From Paramoeba atlantica (Eukaryota; Protista; Discosea), in NCBI GenBank assembly GCA_977017575.1, contig CDRNVI010000008.1, positions 62,001-126,000 on the forward strand: DNA of 64,000 nucleotides. Direction: 5' to 3'. This document shows positions 30,799 to 40,966 of the stretch, in pieces. The notes beneath the pieces were generated by a model. The model was given only the letters and a program-made list of their open reading frames with translations. It was not told where the DNA came from and did not search any database. The translations under genes and the position numbers were made by a program. Each line of letters begins with the position of its first letter. Within the stretch, counting starts at the first letter, position 1.

Positions 30799-33219
30799 GC
30801 TTGGGTAGCCTTTGGAAATGATATTGAGGCGAAGGACCCTACAAACATAGAAATTACAAAGTCATCTCAAGAACAAGTTCAGCATGACAAATGGCTTCGG
30901 AGCTTGGCTCAGGTTTCCTTGCAAGCTTTAAAATTATCTTTGACACGAGGAAAGCACATCACAGACGCGTTATTGATTCCTCAGTGCGCACTTTTTTTGC
31001 TACGTTCTTGTCGCAAACAGTCAATACATTGGATGCCTCATTTACTTGAAGGAATGTTTCCTTTAATACTTAACAGTCATTGGAAGTTTGTTTTGCGTTT
31101 TATGTCCGGTGCAAACATACCGAAACCTGTTCATCTCTCTGCGTCGCGTGTATTGGCAAAAACATGTCTCCGCCACGGACAATGGTTTGTTGCCGCGCAA
31201 CTTGTGCTACATAAAAATCATTTCACCGCTGCAGAGCAACTTAAGAATTATCCGCAGCAACGAACTTTAGACACAGAAGATCACCCTCTTTGTGTCTTGC
31301 TTAATCAAATTTCATCACCAGAGCGAATAGGGTTCACGGAACAGCACATTTTGCGTTCCACTGGAGGGCAACTTCTGGAACATTGGTTCAAATATCGGTC
31401 GAATCCTCGTCGATGGCACGAATCCTTGGAAATTGTAGGCACGTGGCTGAAAAAGTTATCGGCCCCTCCACCGTTTCTTCCTCGATCTGTAATTCAATGG
31501 ATGATGATTCACCTTCCTCAAACGTTCACATTTATTAAATTACTTGATGTGGCTGCAGACAAGAATCATCGCCTATGGTACAAAGTAAGGAGACTTTTAC
31601 ACCACCCTACTTTATGGAAACCCGCAGTAGAAGTCATTTTGGCGCAAGAAAAGCTGGAAGAAGAAAAGCGAAAAAGTATATACAAAGAGGAGCCGAAAGA
31701 CATGTTCTTTGACGCAGATTTATTAACTGATATTTGTCGTCTTGAATACAATGAGCTAAGTTACTTAGTTTGTGAAAAGCTTATCAGATATCTTCCACCA
31801 CATCCTCTTACTACCACAACGCAGATTGCTGACTTGCTTTTGGCTATAATACAACATGCAGCAAGAGCTCCGAAGTTCCCTTGCTTGGGACAGAAAGCGC
31901 TACACCTCTCGTTGGAATATTTTCCTTCTTGTTTTCCTTTTGTATGTCCCCCCTATGTTAATCAAGCATTGGAAGTAATGGTACAGGCACTGGGGTGGAG
32001 ATCAGTCGAAAAAGCCATTAAAAAAATGGAACATGCTTCTGACTCACCTCGTGTCTCTGAATCTGGGGGGCACAGTATCCCGGTTCCAGCACCAGTGGAG
32101 TGCCACAAATCGGGTGAAACGGTGTACCTGAGGAGGAAGACACTAAACACTTCGTGGGAATTTGCAGTGAAAGTATTTTTAGGTAAGCTCAAGGAATCAA
32201 AGGAAAACATACACAATCAAATCTTCGACCAAATATTTCGCGATTTAATTCAGGCAGAAAATCTTCCCGCGCGATTCTGCTTTTTGGCGTTGATGGTTCA
32301 CTTTAAGATTACCAGGAAGCTTCATGAGGGAATTCTTACAGAAGTTATTCTTTCAACAATGAATGTCTCAAGTCCTGACGAATTACAACAATGTAGTCAT
32401 ATCCTGGAGAAAATGAGTCGGGCTGTCGTGGATCAACAAACACTGGTTCGCATAAAAACTGTTCTAGAAACCATGGGGTCTCATTCCTGTGCAGAAAATG
32501 TCTTAGAAAGCAAGGAGGAATCCAAGAGTTTTCTTTCTAAACCACCAAGTGCACATTCACTTATTGATTCCACCTCTTCCGAAGTCGGCATGAAGACTGA
32601 CTCTCCCTTTCGGCGTCCTCGACGACCACGATACCTCTCACCTGAGATAATTCGTGATTTGCGGTACGTTGCAAAATCTGACTCTCAAACAGCAGAGGGC
32701 TGGGCCAAACCTGATGAAGAGCACGGTGCAACTGTGGCCCAGTGGCTGCGGGGCTTTCCTGTGGATCGTAAGGCAGTAACCACCGACGACATTTCCCGTC
32801 TCCACCATGAGTTGATTCATCGCACAGAGGTCTCCACAGCGTTATACGCTAAGCACAACGTGGATGCACTTCACTTAGTTCACTGTCTCTGCGACGATGG
32901 ATCAGGCAGGTTTGCGCATAAAAATCGCATGGCTGTCTTTCGTCCTCAGTACGGCAGCTCTGCGGCCTCCAACAAGCCCGCAAGGTCAGTCATACCTTCT
33001 CCCGAGCCTTCAACTACAAGAGCCCTCGAAGTGCTTTGCCGTAATGTGATTGGACGGGACGGCACCGTTCCGGGTCCAAGGCAGCAAGCTGCACTATTGG
33101 GTGCCCAGTTGCGTGGGCAGATTACCTGGATAACGGCACTGCGCTACGCCTGTGGTGGGGACGTCGCGGCCTGGCGACGGGCCTTTAACCGAGCTCAACT
33201 AGGTGTTTGGAATAGCTAA
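30799..33219 (+). CDS. Hypothetical helical-repeat protein, C-terminal part, in frame with 29500..30798
   Basis: Frame is open from 30799 (35 sense codons before the TTG at 30904), with the same W-x2-(A/S/V)-L/V helix motif. Confidence 0.7.
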   Translation, partial: AWVAFGNDIEAKDPTNIEITKSSQEQVQHDKWLRSLAQVSLQALKLSLTRGKHITDALLIPQCALFLLRSCRKQSIHWMPHLLEGMFPLILNSHWKFVLRFMSGANIPKPVHLSASRVLAKTCLRHGQWFVAAQLVLHKNHFTAAEQLKNYPQQRTLDTEDHPLCVLLNQISSPERIGFTEQHILRSTGGQLLEHWFKYRSNPRRWHESLEIVGTWLKKLSAPPPFLPRSVIQWMMIHLPQTFTFIKLLDVAADKNHRLWYKVRRLLHHPTLWKPAVEVILAQEKLEEEKRKSIYKEEPKDMFFDADLLTDICRLEYNELSYLVCEKLIRYLPPHPLTTTTQIADLLLAIIQHAARAPKFPCLGQKALHLSLEYFPSCFPFVCPPYVNQALEVMVQALGWRSVEKAIKKMEHASDSPRVSESGGHSIPVPAPVECHKSGETVYLRRKTLNTSWEFAVKVFLGKLKESKENIHNQIFDQIFRDLIQAENLPARFCFLALMVHFKITRKLHEGILTEVILSTMNVSSPDELQQCSHILEKMSRAVVDQQTLVRIKTVLETMGSHSCAENVLESKEESKSFLSKPPSAHSLIDSTSSEVGMKTDSPFRRPRRPRYLSPEIIRDLRYVAKSDSQTAEGWAKPDEEHGATVAQWLRGFPVDRKAVTTDDISRLHHELIHRTEVSTALYAKHNVDALHLVHCLCDDGSGRFAHKNRMAVFRPQYGSSAASNKPARSVIPSPEPSTTRALEVLCRNVIGRDGTVPGPRQQAALLGAQLRGQITWITALRYACGGDVAAWRRAFNRAQLGVWNS

Positions 33220-33774
33220 GACTGGTACCGCCGCGGGGTTAGGGTCTAGATTTCGTTGGGCTATAAATAAAAAAAATAGCTAAACGTCACACGCCTGTTT
33301 TTCGTACTACTATAGATCCCCCCAGTAAGATGCCCCCCAGTAGGAGAGATTTGGTCCTTTTTGTGCTGACCCCCAGTAAGAGAGATCCGCGCTTTTGTTT
33401 TCTACTGTTCCCACCGCCCACACTTTTGTTTTCCAGAAATTTTCTTTCATCACGCAAACCGCAGATGTTTTAGTGCATGTACGTTGGGCTTCGCAAATTG
33501 TTTCCCACTAACAACGCCGCGTATGGCTCGGGCCATCGACATACCACCCCGTCCGGCTTCGCAAATTATTTCCCGCTAACAACGCAGCGTATGGCTCTCC
33601 TCTTTACTGAGTCTTCTTTTTCCCATGTAAAATTGTAGAACTTCGGCCACTCGTGCGCCATAGAAAACACTTGTGGAAGAAAACAACTTTTTTTGTCAAA
33701 AAATTGCTATTTTTAAATACTGATTTTAAATACCGCGCGTATCCCGAATGGTAAAATAATATTGTAAAATATTG

Positions 33775-34800
33775 CGGCGGTTATAAAACTACCGCTCTAC
33801 CCTCGATTATTGAAAACAAAGTGAACAAAACCAGTGAAAATATAAAGAGGAACACAGTAATATAATAGAAGAAAATTGAGGGAGATACTACTCCCTCGCT
33901 ACCGTAGGTTAATTCGTCGTGCCCGATTTGTGGACCGATTTCGTTTCAGGTGAGTTTTCGGAAAAAATGTTTACAAAGACGTATGAATCGAATTTAGTGA
34001 CAAGATTACTAGTTTTTCAACAATTCCGATGGGTACCCCCTGCCCCCCCCCCACTCCCCACCAGGGTGGTCATAGCAATTTTTGAAATTTTGAAAAAAAA
34101 ATTGAAAAATTATGGGTGAAAGTCAAAAAATATATTTTTCCCAAATCAACTCCTAGACCGTTTTTTGAGAGTTTGGGGCCTGATATACCTGTATACGGTT
34201 TGGTTTCATTCGATATTTCTCCACCCTGTTCCGGTAATACACCTACAAAGGCCAAACTTTACCTGGAAGTGTGTGACACGCAAGGCCTTAGAGGAAGGAG
34301 GAGGCGCAAGGCAAAAAGGCAGAAGGCGGAGTCTTCTGTATTTTTGCCGCGGCGACGACGACTTCCTCGCGTGGGAAGCTGTAACGCGCCCTAGGGAGCA
34401 TGTTCGGATGGCTATGTAATCCAGGATAAAGTGGACGAGGAAGATACTAATGGCACCTTTGAAAAACCACCTCGAAACTAGAACGGTATCTCCCGGTTTG
34501 TAGAGCATTCTGATGTGGCAAAAGGGTCTTTAACGGGTGATACCGTTCTAATTTCGAGGTGGTTTTCCAAAGGTGCCTTTAGTATCTCCTTCGTCCACTT
34601 TAGCCTGGTTTTATTACTATATTCCTCTTTATATTTTCACTGTTTTTGTTCACTTTTTTTCTATAATCGAGGGTAGAGCGGTAGTTATACAACCACCGCA
34701 ATTTTTCTTCTATTATATTACTGTGTTCCTTTTTATATTTTCACTGTTTTTCTTCACTTTGTTTTGCAATAATCGAGGGTAGAGCGGTAGTTATACAACC
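33775..34800. mobile_element. Foldback-type element with ~110-bp modular inverted termini
   Basis: GGTTATAAAACTACCGCTCTACCCTCGATTATTG...GAACACAGTAATATAATAGAAG at 33779-33875 is inverted relative to two tandem copies at ~34610-34800. No ORF and no clear TSD. Confidence 0.7.
34421..34608. mobile_element. 188-bp hairpin (~75-bp arms) nested in the foldback element
   Basis: CCAGGATAAAGTGGACGAGGAAGATACTAATGGCACCTTTG...GGTATCTCCCG pairs with CGGGTGATACC...CAAAGGTGCCTTTAGTATCTCCTTCGTCCACTTTAGCCTGG. Confidence 0.85.
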
Positions 34801-34941
34801 ACTAGCTTGGAGCCAACTATATCAGACGCAAATATCAGATTTAGTGCTCTGAGAGCTAAAGTACGCAAAAATGGCCCCATTTTTACCCAAAAATCGGCTA
34901 TTTTTGGCTATAATCTTTCCGTTTTCTTCAGCTTTCCTGGC

Positions 34942-35068
34942 CAAATTTTTTTTTTAGGCTCTTCGTTAAACGCGGTGGTAGTTTTCAACGCGAAGTGCGC
35001 AGCATGAGTGACTTCTAAGTGGAAAACGACCACCGCGTTTAACGAAGAGCCTAAAAAAGAAAATTTCA
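34942..35068. mobile_element. Short hairpin MITE, copy 2
   Basis: TTTTTAGGCTCTTCGTTAAACGCGGTGGT...ACCACCGCGTTTAACGAAGAGCCTAAAAA. Confidence 0.7.
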
Positions 35069-35527
35069 CGCCATTAATCGTCTTCAGAGGGCGCGTTGCC
35101 TAGGATTCCTAATGAAGTTCAATCGGCACTTTCTCCCATCAGCCTTTTTCCTCAGTAATGCAAGCACTGACTTCCCAAAATAAGACGCGCAAACCTGATA
35201 CAACCCAGGCAATCCATTTTAGCTGCAATTCCAATAAAACAGCGGATAAATTACAGATCTTTTCTCCCAAAAGAATTTAACCTCCTCCCTTATTTTCCTT
35301 AATAAAATGTACCAAAGAGGAAAAATTATGATCTTTATGATAGTTTTTCTTGTTTGGGGAACATTTTCATGTCTTTCATCCCAAAATCGGACCTCAACTC
35401 CCAATACCTTCTTTATCTCACAAAACCAAACACTGCTTTTTTTGAAAAGCAATTGTTTGAAAAAATTCATTTGAAAACATTTGTTTGTAAAAACACATTT
35501 CTTTGACCTCCCTTTTTTCTCTCCTCC

Positions 35528-36823
35528 ATGACCTTCTCCCGCACCCTCCTCCGCGCCCTCCCCTCCTCCCTCCCCTCCTCCCTCCCCCTCCGCACCCCCC
35601 ACCCCACCTCCACGCGCCACCTCTACTTCGACATGCAATCCACCACCCCCCTCGACCCCCGGGTCCTTGACGCCATGCTCCCCTACCTCACCGAGGCCTA
35701 CGGCAACCCCCACAGCCGTACCCACAGCTACGGCTGGGAGGCCGAGGAGGCCGTCGAAAAATCCCGCGCCCAGGTCGCGTCTCTCCTCGGGGCCTCCCCG
35801 AAGGAAATCTTCTTCACCTCCGGGGCCACCGAGGCCAACAACATTGCGCTCAAAGGGGTGGCCCAATTCTACAAAGTCAAAAACAAGAACCACCTCGTGA
35901 CGCTGCAGACCGAGCACAAGTGCGTGCTGGACTCCTGCCGCGCCCTGGAGCTCTCCGGGGGGTTCGAGGTGAGTTACCTCCCGGTGCAGCCCAACGGGCT
36001 GGTGGATTTAAAACTCCTTGAGGGCGCGCTACGGGAGAGCACCGCGCTGGTCTCGGTGATGACCGTGAACAATGAGATCGGGGTAATTCAACCCGTGGAG
36101 GCCATTGGGGCGCTGTGCCGGGCGAGAGGGGTGTTCTTTCACACCGATGCGGCCCAGGCGGTGGGGAAGGTCCCCGTGGGGGTGGAGCGGATGCAGTGTG
36201 ATCTGCTGTCGCTGTCCGGGCATAAGGTGTATGGACCGAAAGGGGTGGGGGCGTTGTATTTGAGAAGGCGACCACGGGTACGGGTACGGTCACCGATCTC
36301 GGGAGGGGGACAGGAACGGGGGATACGGTCCGGGACGCTTCCTACGCCGTTGATTGTGGGGCTAGGGGCGGCGTGTGAGGTAGCGGCGCAGGAGATGGGA
36401 AGGGATAAGGACCATATTGAGGGACTGGCGTCGTATCTGTGGGAGGAGCTGCAGAAAAGGGTGCCGAAGGTTACGTTGAATGGGGATGCGGTCTCAAGGT
36501 ATTGGGGAAATGTGAATGTGAGTTTTGCCGGGGTCGAGGGGGAGAGTCTGTTGATGGGCCTGGGGAATGTCGCGATCTCGTCTGGTAGTGCGTGCACGAG
36601 TGCGTCGCTGGAGCCGAGTTATGTGTTGCGGGCACTGGGGATTTCCTCCGAGAATGCGCACACCTCGCTACGGTTTGGGATTGGCCGTTTTACTACGAAG
36701 GCGGAGGTTGATTTCGTGTTGGATAGGTGCACGGAGGAGGTTCGACGGTTGCGGTCGATGTCCCCGTTGTGGGACTTGATTGAGTCAGGGGTAGATTTGT
36801 CTGCCATCCAGTGGCGGAGGTAA
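35528..36823 (+). CDS. NFS1: Mitochondrial cysteine desulfurase
   Basis: LYFDMQSTTP, YGNPHSRTHSYGW, FTSGATEANN, SLSGHKVYGPKGVG (PLP lysine), SSGSACTSASLEPSYVL. Confidence 0.97.
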   Translation: MTFSRTLLRALPSSLPSSLPLRTPHPTSTRHLYFDMQSTTPLDPRVLDAMLPYLTEAYGNPHSRTHSYGWEAEEAVEKSRAQVASLLGASPKEIFFTSGATEANNIALKGVAQFYKVKNKNHLVTLQTEHKCVLDSCRALELSGGFEVSYLPVQPNGLVDLKLLEGALRESTALVSVMTVNNEIGVIQPVEAIGALCRARGVFFHTDAAQAVGKVPVGVERMQCDLLSLSGHKVYGPKGVGALYLRRRPRVRVRSPISGGGQERGIRSGTLPTPLIVGLGAACEVAAQEMGRDKDHIEGLASYLWEELQKRVPKVTLNGDAVSRYWGNVNVSFAGVEGESLLMGLGNVAISSGSACTSASLEPSYVLRALGISSENAHTSLRFGIGRFTTKAEVDFVLDRCTEEVRRLRSMSPLWDLIESGVDLSAIQWRR

Positions 36824-36942
36824 AAAGGGGGAAAAGAGGACGTACATGTTGCTGGTTAGTTTTCTTTTTGGGCAAGTTTATTTTGGTTAAAACATTTTTT
36901 CTTTCTGGAATTCTCTATGTACATACATAACGCACCATGTGT

Positions 36943-37001
36943 GATTTCTAGGCCGAACGATAAATTATCGTTCGGCCTAGAAATCTTCCTTCAAGGAAGA
37001 T
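36943..37001. repeat. Perfect 21-bp-arm palindrome with an overlapping 9-bp-arm palindrome
   Basis: GATTTCTAGGCCGAACGATAA-A-TTATCGTTCGGCCTAGAAATC, then ATCTTCCTT-C-AAGGAAGAT. Confidence 0.9.
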
Positions 37002-37215
37002 AGACCCTATTATTATAATAGGGTAAATGTTGGATTGTGTAGCAGTGAGAGCGCGGGATTGATAGTGATGTGTTATACTGATTTGTTATACAGATGTACG
37101 TTCGCGAGTTCTTCATTTGCATATCATGAAGACGTTATTTTTTATCTGCTTTCAACCAGTACGAGCTTCTTTGTTGCTTCCTATACCTGATCTCTCTTTT
37201 ATTCCTCACTTTCTA

Positions 37216-37536
37216 ATGCGAGCCTTTTCTCTGCTTTCTCTCCTTGTCGTCGCCATGCTTGGCTTTCAGTCGACTCGCGTCCAAGCGTTTGACAAATCCA
37301 TTCGTCGTATCTTTGGGGGTTCCTCCACGGAGGAGACCAAGGAACCGGCTACCACAAAGCCCGAGCCCGAAACAAAGCCCGAGCCCCCGAAAGAGAAACC
37401 CGCGGCACCCACCACGGAGCCCACAGAGGGTGACGGTGAGAAGTCGGCCGAGTCCTCCGCCCTCTCGATGCAATGGGGAACGGCCAGCGCGCTGGCTAGC
37501 GTAGTTTCGCTCTCTTTGGTCATTCTGGCGGCGTAA
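37216..37536 (+). CDS. Small secreted, probably GPI-anchored, Pro/Glu/Thr/Lys-rich surface protein, copy 1
   Basis: MRAFSLLSLLVVAMLG signal peptide; TKPEPETKPEPPKEKP stalk; SAESSA small-residue site; hydrophobic C-terminal tail. Confidence 0.8.
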   Translation: MRAFSLLSLLVVAMLGFQSTRVQAFDKSIRRIFGGSSTEETKEPATTKPEPETKPEPPKEKPAAPTTEPTEGDGEKSAESSALSMQWGTASALASVVSLSLVILAA

Positions 37537-37879
37537 GTTATGCAAACTAGGAAAGGAATAGAAAATCTGGACGTCTGCTTCATACTGATTACTATAAAGA
37601 AGATAATATACTAAAATGATTCGGTCTTATTTGCAAAGCGATTTTAGCCATCTAAAAAAATCGGGTGCGCATAGTTTCCTGTTCTCTAGTGTAGTACATG
37701 AACATTAATTACCTTATTGTGCACGACCACACCTATTCTTTAATATCAATCAAGTTAATCAAATATATTTTTCGTATTTTGGTATAAGAATAAGAAAGAA
37801 ATTCGGTTTTGTTTTTTAACGTAAACTTAGAATAGGAGCTTTGTTATTTACATTTGTATCATAATTAAAAATTCTCTTA

Positions 37880-39013
37880 TTGATCATACCAACATCATTT
37901 TCATCTTTCCCATATAAAGACCTAACGCGCCGAGGGAAAATAAGGAATGGGGAAGAATTCGAAGAAAGAATAATGTCTGTTGTAATAAAATCTGCACATG
38001 CTTTTCACAAGCACTATCACATCTTACTGTTTTTATTACTTTTCTATGCAACGGAATTTCGAATGATAGTCTGCAATAAAGCGAAGGATGTTCCTCAGAG
38101 ACGCACGGGTAAACTACGCGCTGCCATGTTAGCTCCAGATATTCAGTTTCGTCGATTTGTGGAAACCTTGCAGAAACGCCCACGCAATTGGAGAGAGAGA
38201 ACGCCGGTGTGTCAATGGCGTGGTGTGATCTGCGGATCACAAGAAGAGATCGTTCTGCTACAGGGCGATAATAAAGGACTCCAAGGGAATCTCTCCTGGG
38301 CACATTTTCCTCACACAATGCACAGTCTGATTGTTTCAGAGAACATGCTATCGGGGACAGTAGATTTCTCATCAACTCCATTCACAAGGATCCGACGCCC
38401 GACGCAAGGAGAGGAGGAGGAAGAGGACTTAAATGCACCTCTTTTGCGTCTGTCTTTGGGAAATAATCAGTTTCATTCCATTCTCTTTTCTGACCTTCCT
38501 CAACATTTGTTTTTGTTAGATGCGTCTAAAAATAACCTACACGGTAATCTCACGCTGAACGCTTTGCCCTCTGATCTGAACGGCCTTTTGCTATCAGGGA
38601 ATAAGTATTCGGGAAGTTTGAATCTGGAACACTTACCACGTTCACTGTGTGAGTTAGATGTTTCTTTCAATAAACTTGAAGGGCCTATTTTTCTTAATAC
38701 ATTACCCTCTTCTCTTGAGAGACTCGAACTACAGGGCAACCAGCTTGGCGGAACTTTGTATTTTACTCTTCTCCCAAACTCCCTTAGTGTTTTGAAGGTT
38801 CATCATAATCTTTTTGATGGAGAATTATTCCTTTCAAATCTTCCTTCTGGAATGCGAAGTCTCAGTTTCTTAGGATTAAATATTTATCGTGTCAGCACTG
38901 ATGTAATGTTGGAAAGACTTACGGAGAGTACCTACAGAATGCGAAGAGAAGCTATGTGGCCCCTAAGAATTGAATTCGACATGGGTCATATTCCAGAAAT
39001 TTCTCTAATGTAA
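37880..39013 (+). CDS. Leucine-rich repeat protein (ATG at 37973 or 38063)
   Basis: PVCQWRGVIC cap followed by LxxLPxxLxxLxxxxNxLxG repeats. Confidence 0.88.
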   Translation: MIIPTSFSSFPYKDLTRRGKIRNGEEFEERIMSVVIKSAHAFHKHYHILLFLLLFYATEFRMIVCNKAKDVPQRRTGKLRAAMLAPDIQFRRFVETLQKRPRNWRERTPVCQWRGVICGSQEEIVLLQGDNKGLQGNLSWAHFPHTMHSLIVSENMLSGTVDFSSTPFTRIRRPTQGEEEEEDLNAPLLRLSLGNNQFHSILFSDLPQHLFLLDASKNNLHGNLTLNALPSDLNGLLLSGNKYSGSLNLEHLPRSLCELDVSFNKLEGPIFLNTLPSSLERLELQGNQLGGTLYFTLLPNSLSVLKVHHNLFDGELFLSNLPSGMRSLSFLGLNIYRVSTDVMLERLTESTYRMRREAMWPLRIEFDMGHIPEISLM

Positions 39014-39133
39014 GACGGAATATGATTTTGTACTCATCAAGGCTTGCACGCTTTGTACATAAGAATGACGTGCACAGATAATCATCGTCTGGACACAACG
39101 AGTTTTGATACAAGTTTTGATACTGATTTATAG

Positions 39134-40109
39134 CAGAGGTCCATAAAACTATAAAAACTATTTTATAGTACTATTATAGTACTATAAACTTTGAAACACT
39201 ATACATTGTATATTAAAACTATATTTTTTTACTATTTTTCGTAGTACGTTTTTTCTGAAAGTATTGCTTGAAATGCCGACTCGACGCAATTTATTTTTAT
39301 CACTCCCGTTTTCTTGAAAGATTTCTCACTATTTTTCTCATCATTATGCCCAACAAGCGTCGTGGTCAAATCGTTTTTTCACACTTCGTTGAAGTCGATG
39401 GGGAAGTCGACCTACTTTAATTTTAGATGTGTTCCAGCCCAGACGCCTTGTCTTCTTAGGTCGCCTTTCCTGCCGAAGTATAATGTGAGGGGCTGCGGGT
39501 ACTTCGACCGAGACCGCACCGAATCCCCACCCGCAGCCCCTCATGCGTAGATGTGAAATAGCGGGTAAGTGATTCTTCAAATTGCTTCAAAAGATTATGA
39601 ATTTTGTAGATATTGAATCTTGCAGGCTCTGCGATGTGTTTTTGTGTGTTATCTTGCCATTGAATACGCCACGTCTAGGATCCAACGAGTGATCTAACGG
39701 GAACTCGTTGATGGACAACTGTAATGCGGTTTGCACGGTACAAGGAAAGAGCATTATGGGAAGAACTTGTGAGCTATAGGATTCCGTCTTTTTCCATTTC
39801 TGCACAAAAACTACAACTCTTTTCACTTCTTTCTACGCGTCAACGTATCCACACCACTTGCTCCACCTGACATCACGTGACCCCTCTAAGCCTCTACACC
39901 TCCATCGGCTCTCTCCTGCCCCGCAAAATTCCTCCAGGTCCATGGATCGATCTGTCTACTGCTCGCCTTTCTGGACATGAAACACTGATAAACACCATAT
40001 AGTTTTTATAGTACTATATAGTGTTAATAGTACTATAAACGAGGTTTATAGTACTATAAATTTTCTTAAAACACTATAAACTATCTATAAATAGCTTTAG
40101 GGACCTCTG
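39134..40109 (-). mobile_element. Non-autonomous hAT-like DNA transposon
   Basis: TIRs CAGAGGTCC(A/C)TAAA(A/G)CTAT (17/19). Perfect 8-bp TSD ATTTATAG at 39126-39133 and 40110-40117. Subterminal TAGTACTAT repeats. Frameshifted PSTSTKCEK...GIMMRKIVRNL remnant resembles the hAT dimerisation motif. Confidence 0.85.
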
Positions 40110-40195
40110 ATTTATAGGTTACCTCTGAGATAGTGTATTTCTCACCACATAAGTGTAATACGTGAACGGTAATTTTCATATGATTTTCATTTTTT

Positions 40196-40966
40196 ATGCC
40201 ACTGCAGTTTATTCAGCTTTTGAGGCGTTCTCGCTTCGCCATTTTGATTTCGTCGCCTGATTCTGGCCCACCGTGTAAGCGAAGACGTCGCTCCAGTAAA
40301 GTGCATAGTTCGTTACTTGCCGTAGAGCTTGAACTTTTGCTATTTATCCGTCATGTTGAGCGTCCTCGTGATTCATGGGTGTCTTCGAATACTGTTTGTT
40401 CCTGGGAAGGGGTAATTTGTTCTTCAACAAGTCCTCCAGTTGTACGGGGCCTTAAGTGGAATTACAAGGACATGGGAGGTAACCTTTCGTGGACCTACTT
40501 GCCTCAGACGGTCGAGAATCTGGAAATATCTTTCAATCGACTGAGAGGAGCGCTAGATTTTTCAAGTCTGGGCAAAAATATTACTACCTTGATGGCCCAA
40601 AATAATTATCTTACGGGTGTACTTCCAACGGATATATTTCCGGCCGTAGTACAAAATATGAAATTATCCTTTAATTCGTTTGAGAAGGATCTTGATCTTC
40701 GAAGTCTACCTGCGACTTTGAAAAGCTTACATGTCGATTCAAACAATTTGGGAGGTCGACTTGATTTTACGTGTTTGCCAAGCGGCCTTACTGAATTGCT
40801 GCTAAGTTTTAACAATTTTACTCATGCCACGGGTCTCGAAAATATTTCACCTAATGTGTATGTAGACTTAACTTTTAACCTTATACAGAACTTGCCACCA
40901 GTATGGCAAACCAACATTCAGCTATATGGGCAGTCACAAGCACACATTGCGACGGAAGAGATATAA
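40196..40966 (+). CDS. Leucine-rich repeat protein
   Basis: TVCSWEGVIC cap and LSWTYLPQTV, followed by LRR repeats. Confidence 0.88.
   Translation: MPLQFIQLLRRSRFAILISSPDSGPPCKRRRRSSKVHSSLLAVELELLLFIRHVERPRDSWVSSNTVCSWEGVICSSTSPPVVRGLKWNYKDMGGNLSWTYLPQTVENLEISFNRLRGALDFSSLGKNITTLMAQNNYLTGVLPTDIFPAVVQNMKLSFNSFEKDLDLRSLPATLKSLHVDSNNLGGRLDFTCLPSGLTELLLSFNNFTHATGLENISPNVYVDLTFNLIQNLPPVWQTNIQLYGQSQAHIATEEI

Noticed and set aside
29500-33219. Genome-wide stop-codon reassignment
   Set aside because: Conserved genes in the window have no internal stops and use TAA, TAG and TGA as normal terminators.
33230-33250. GGGTTAGGGT as telomeric sequence
   Set aside because: Only about 1.5 units with no array.
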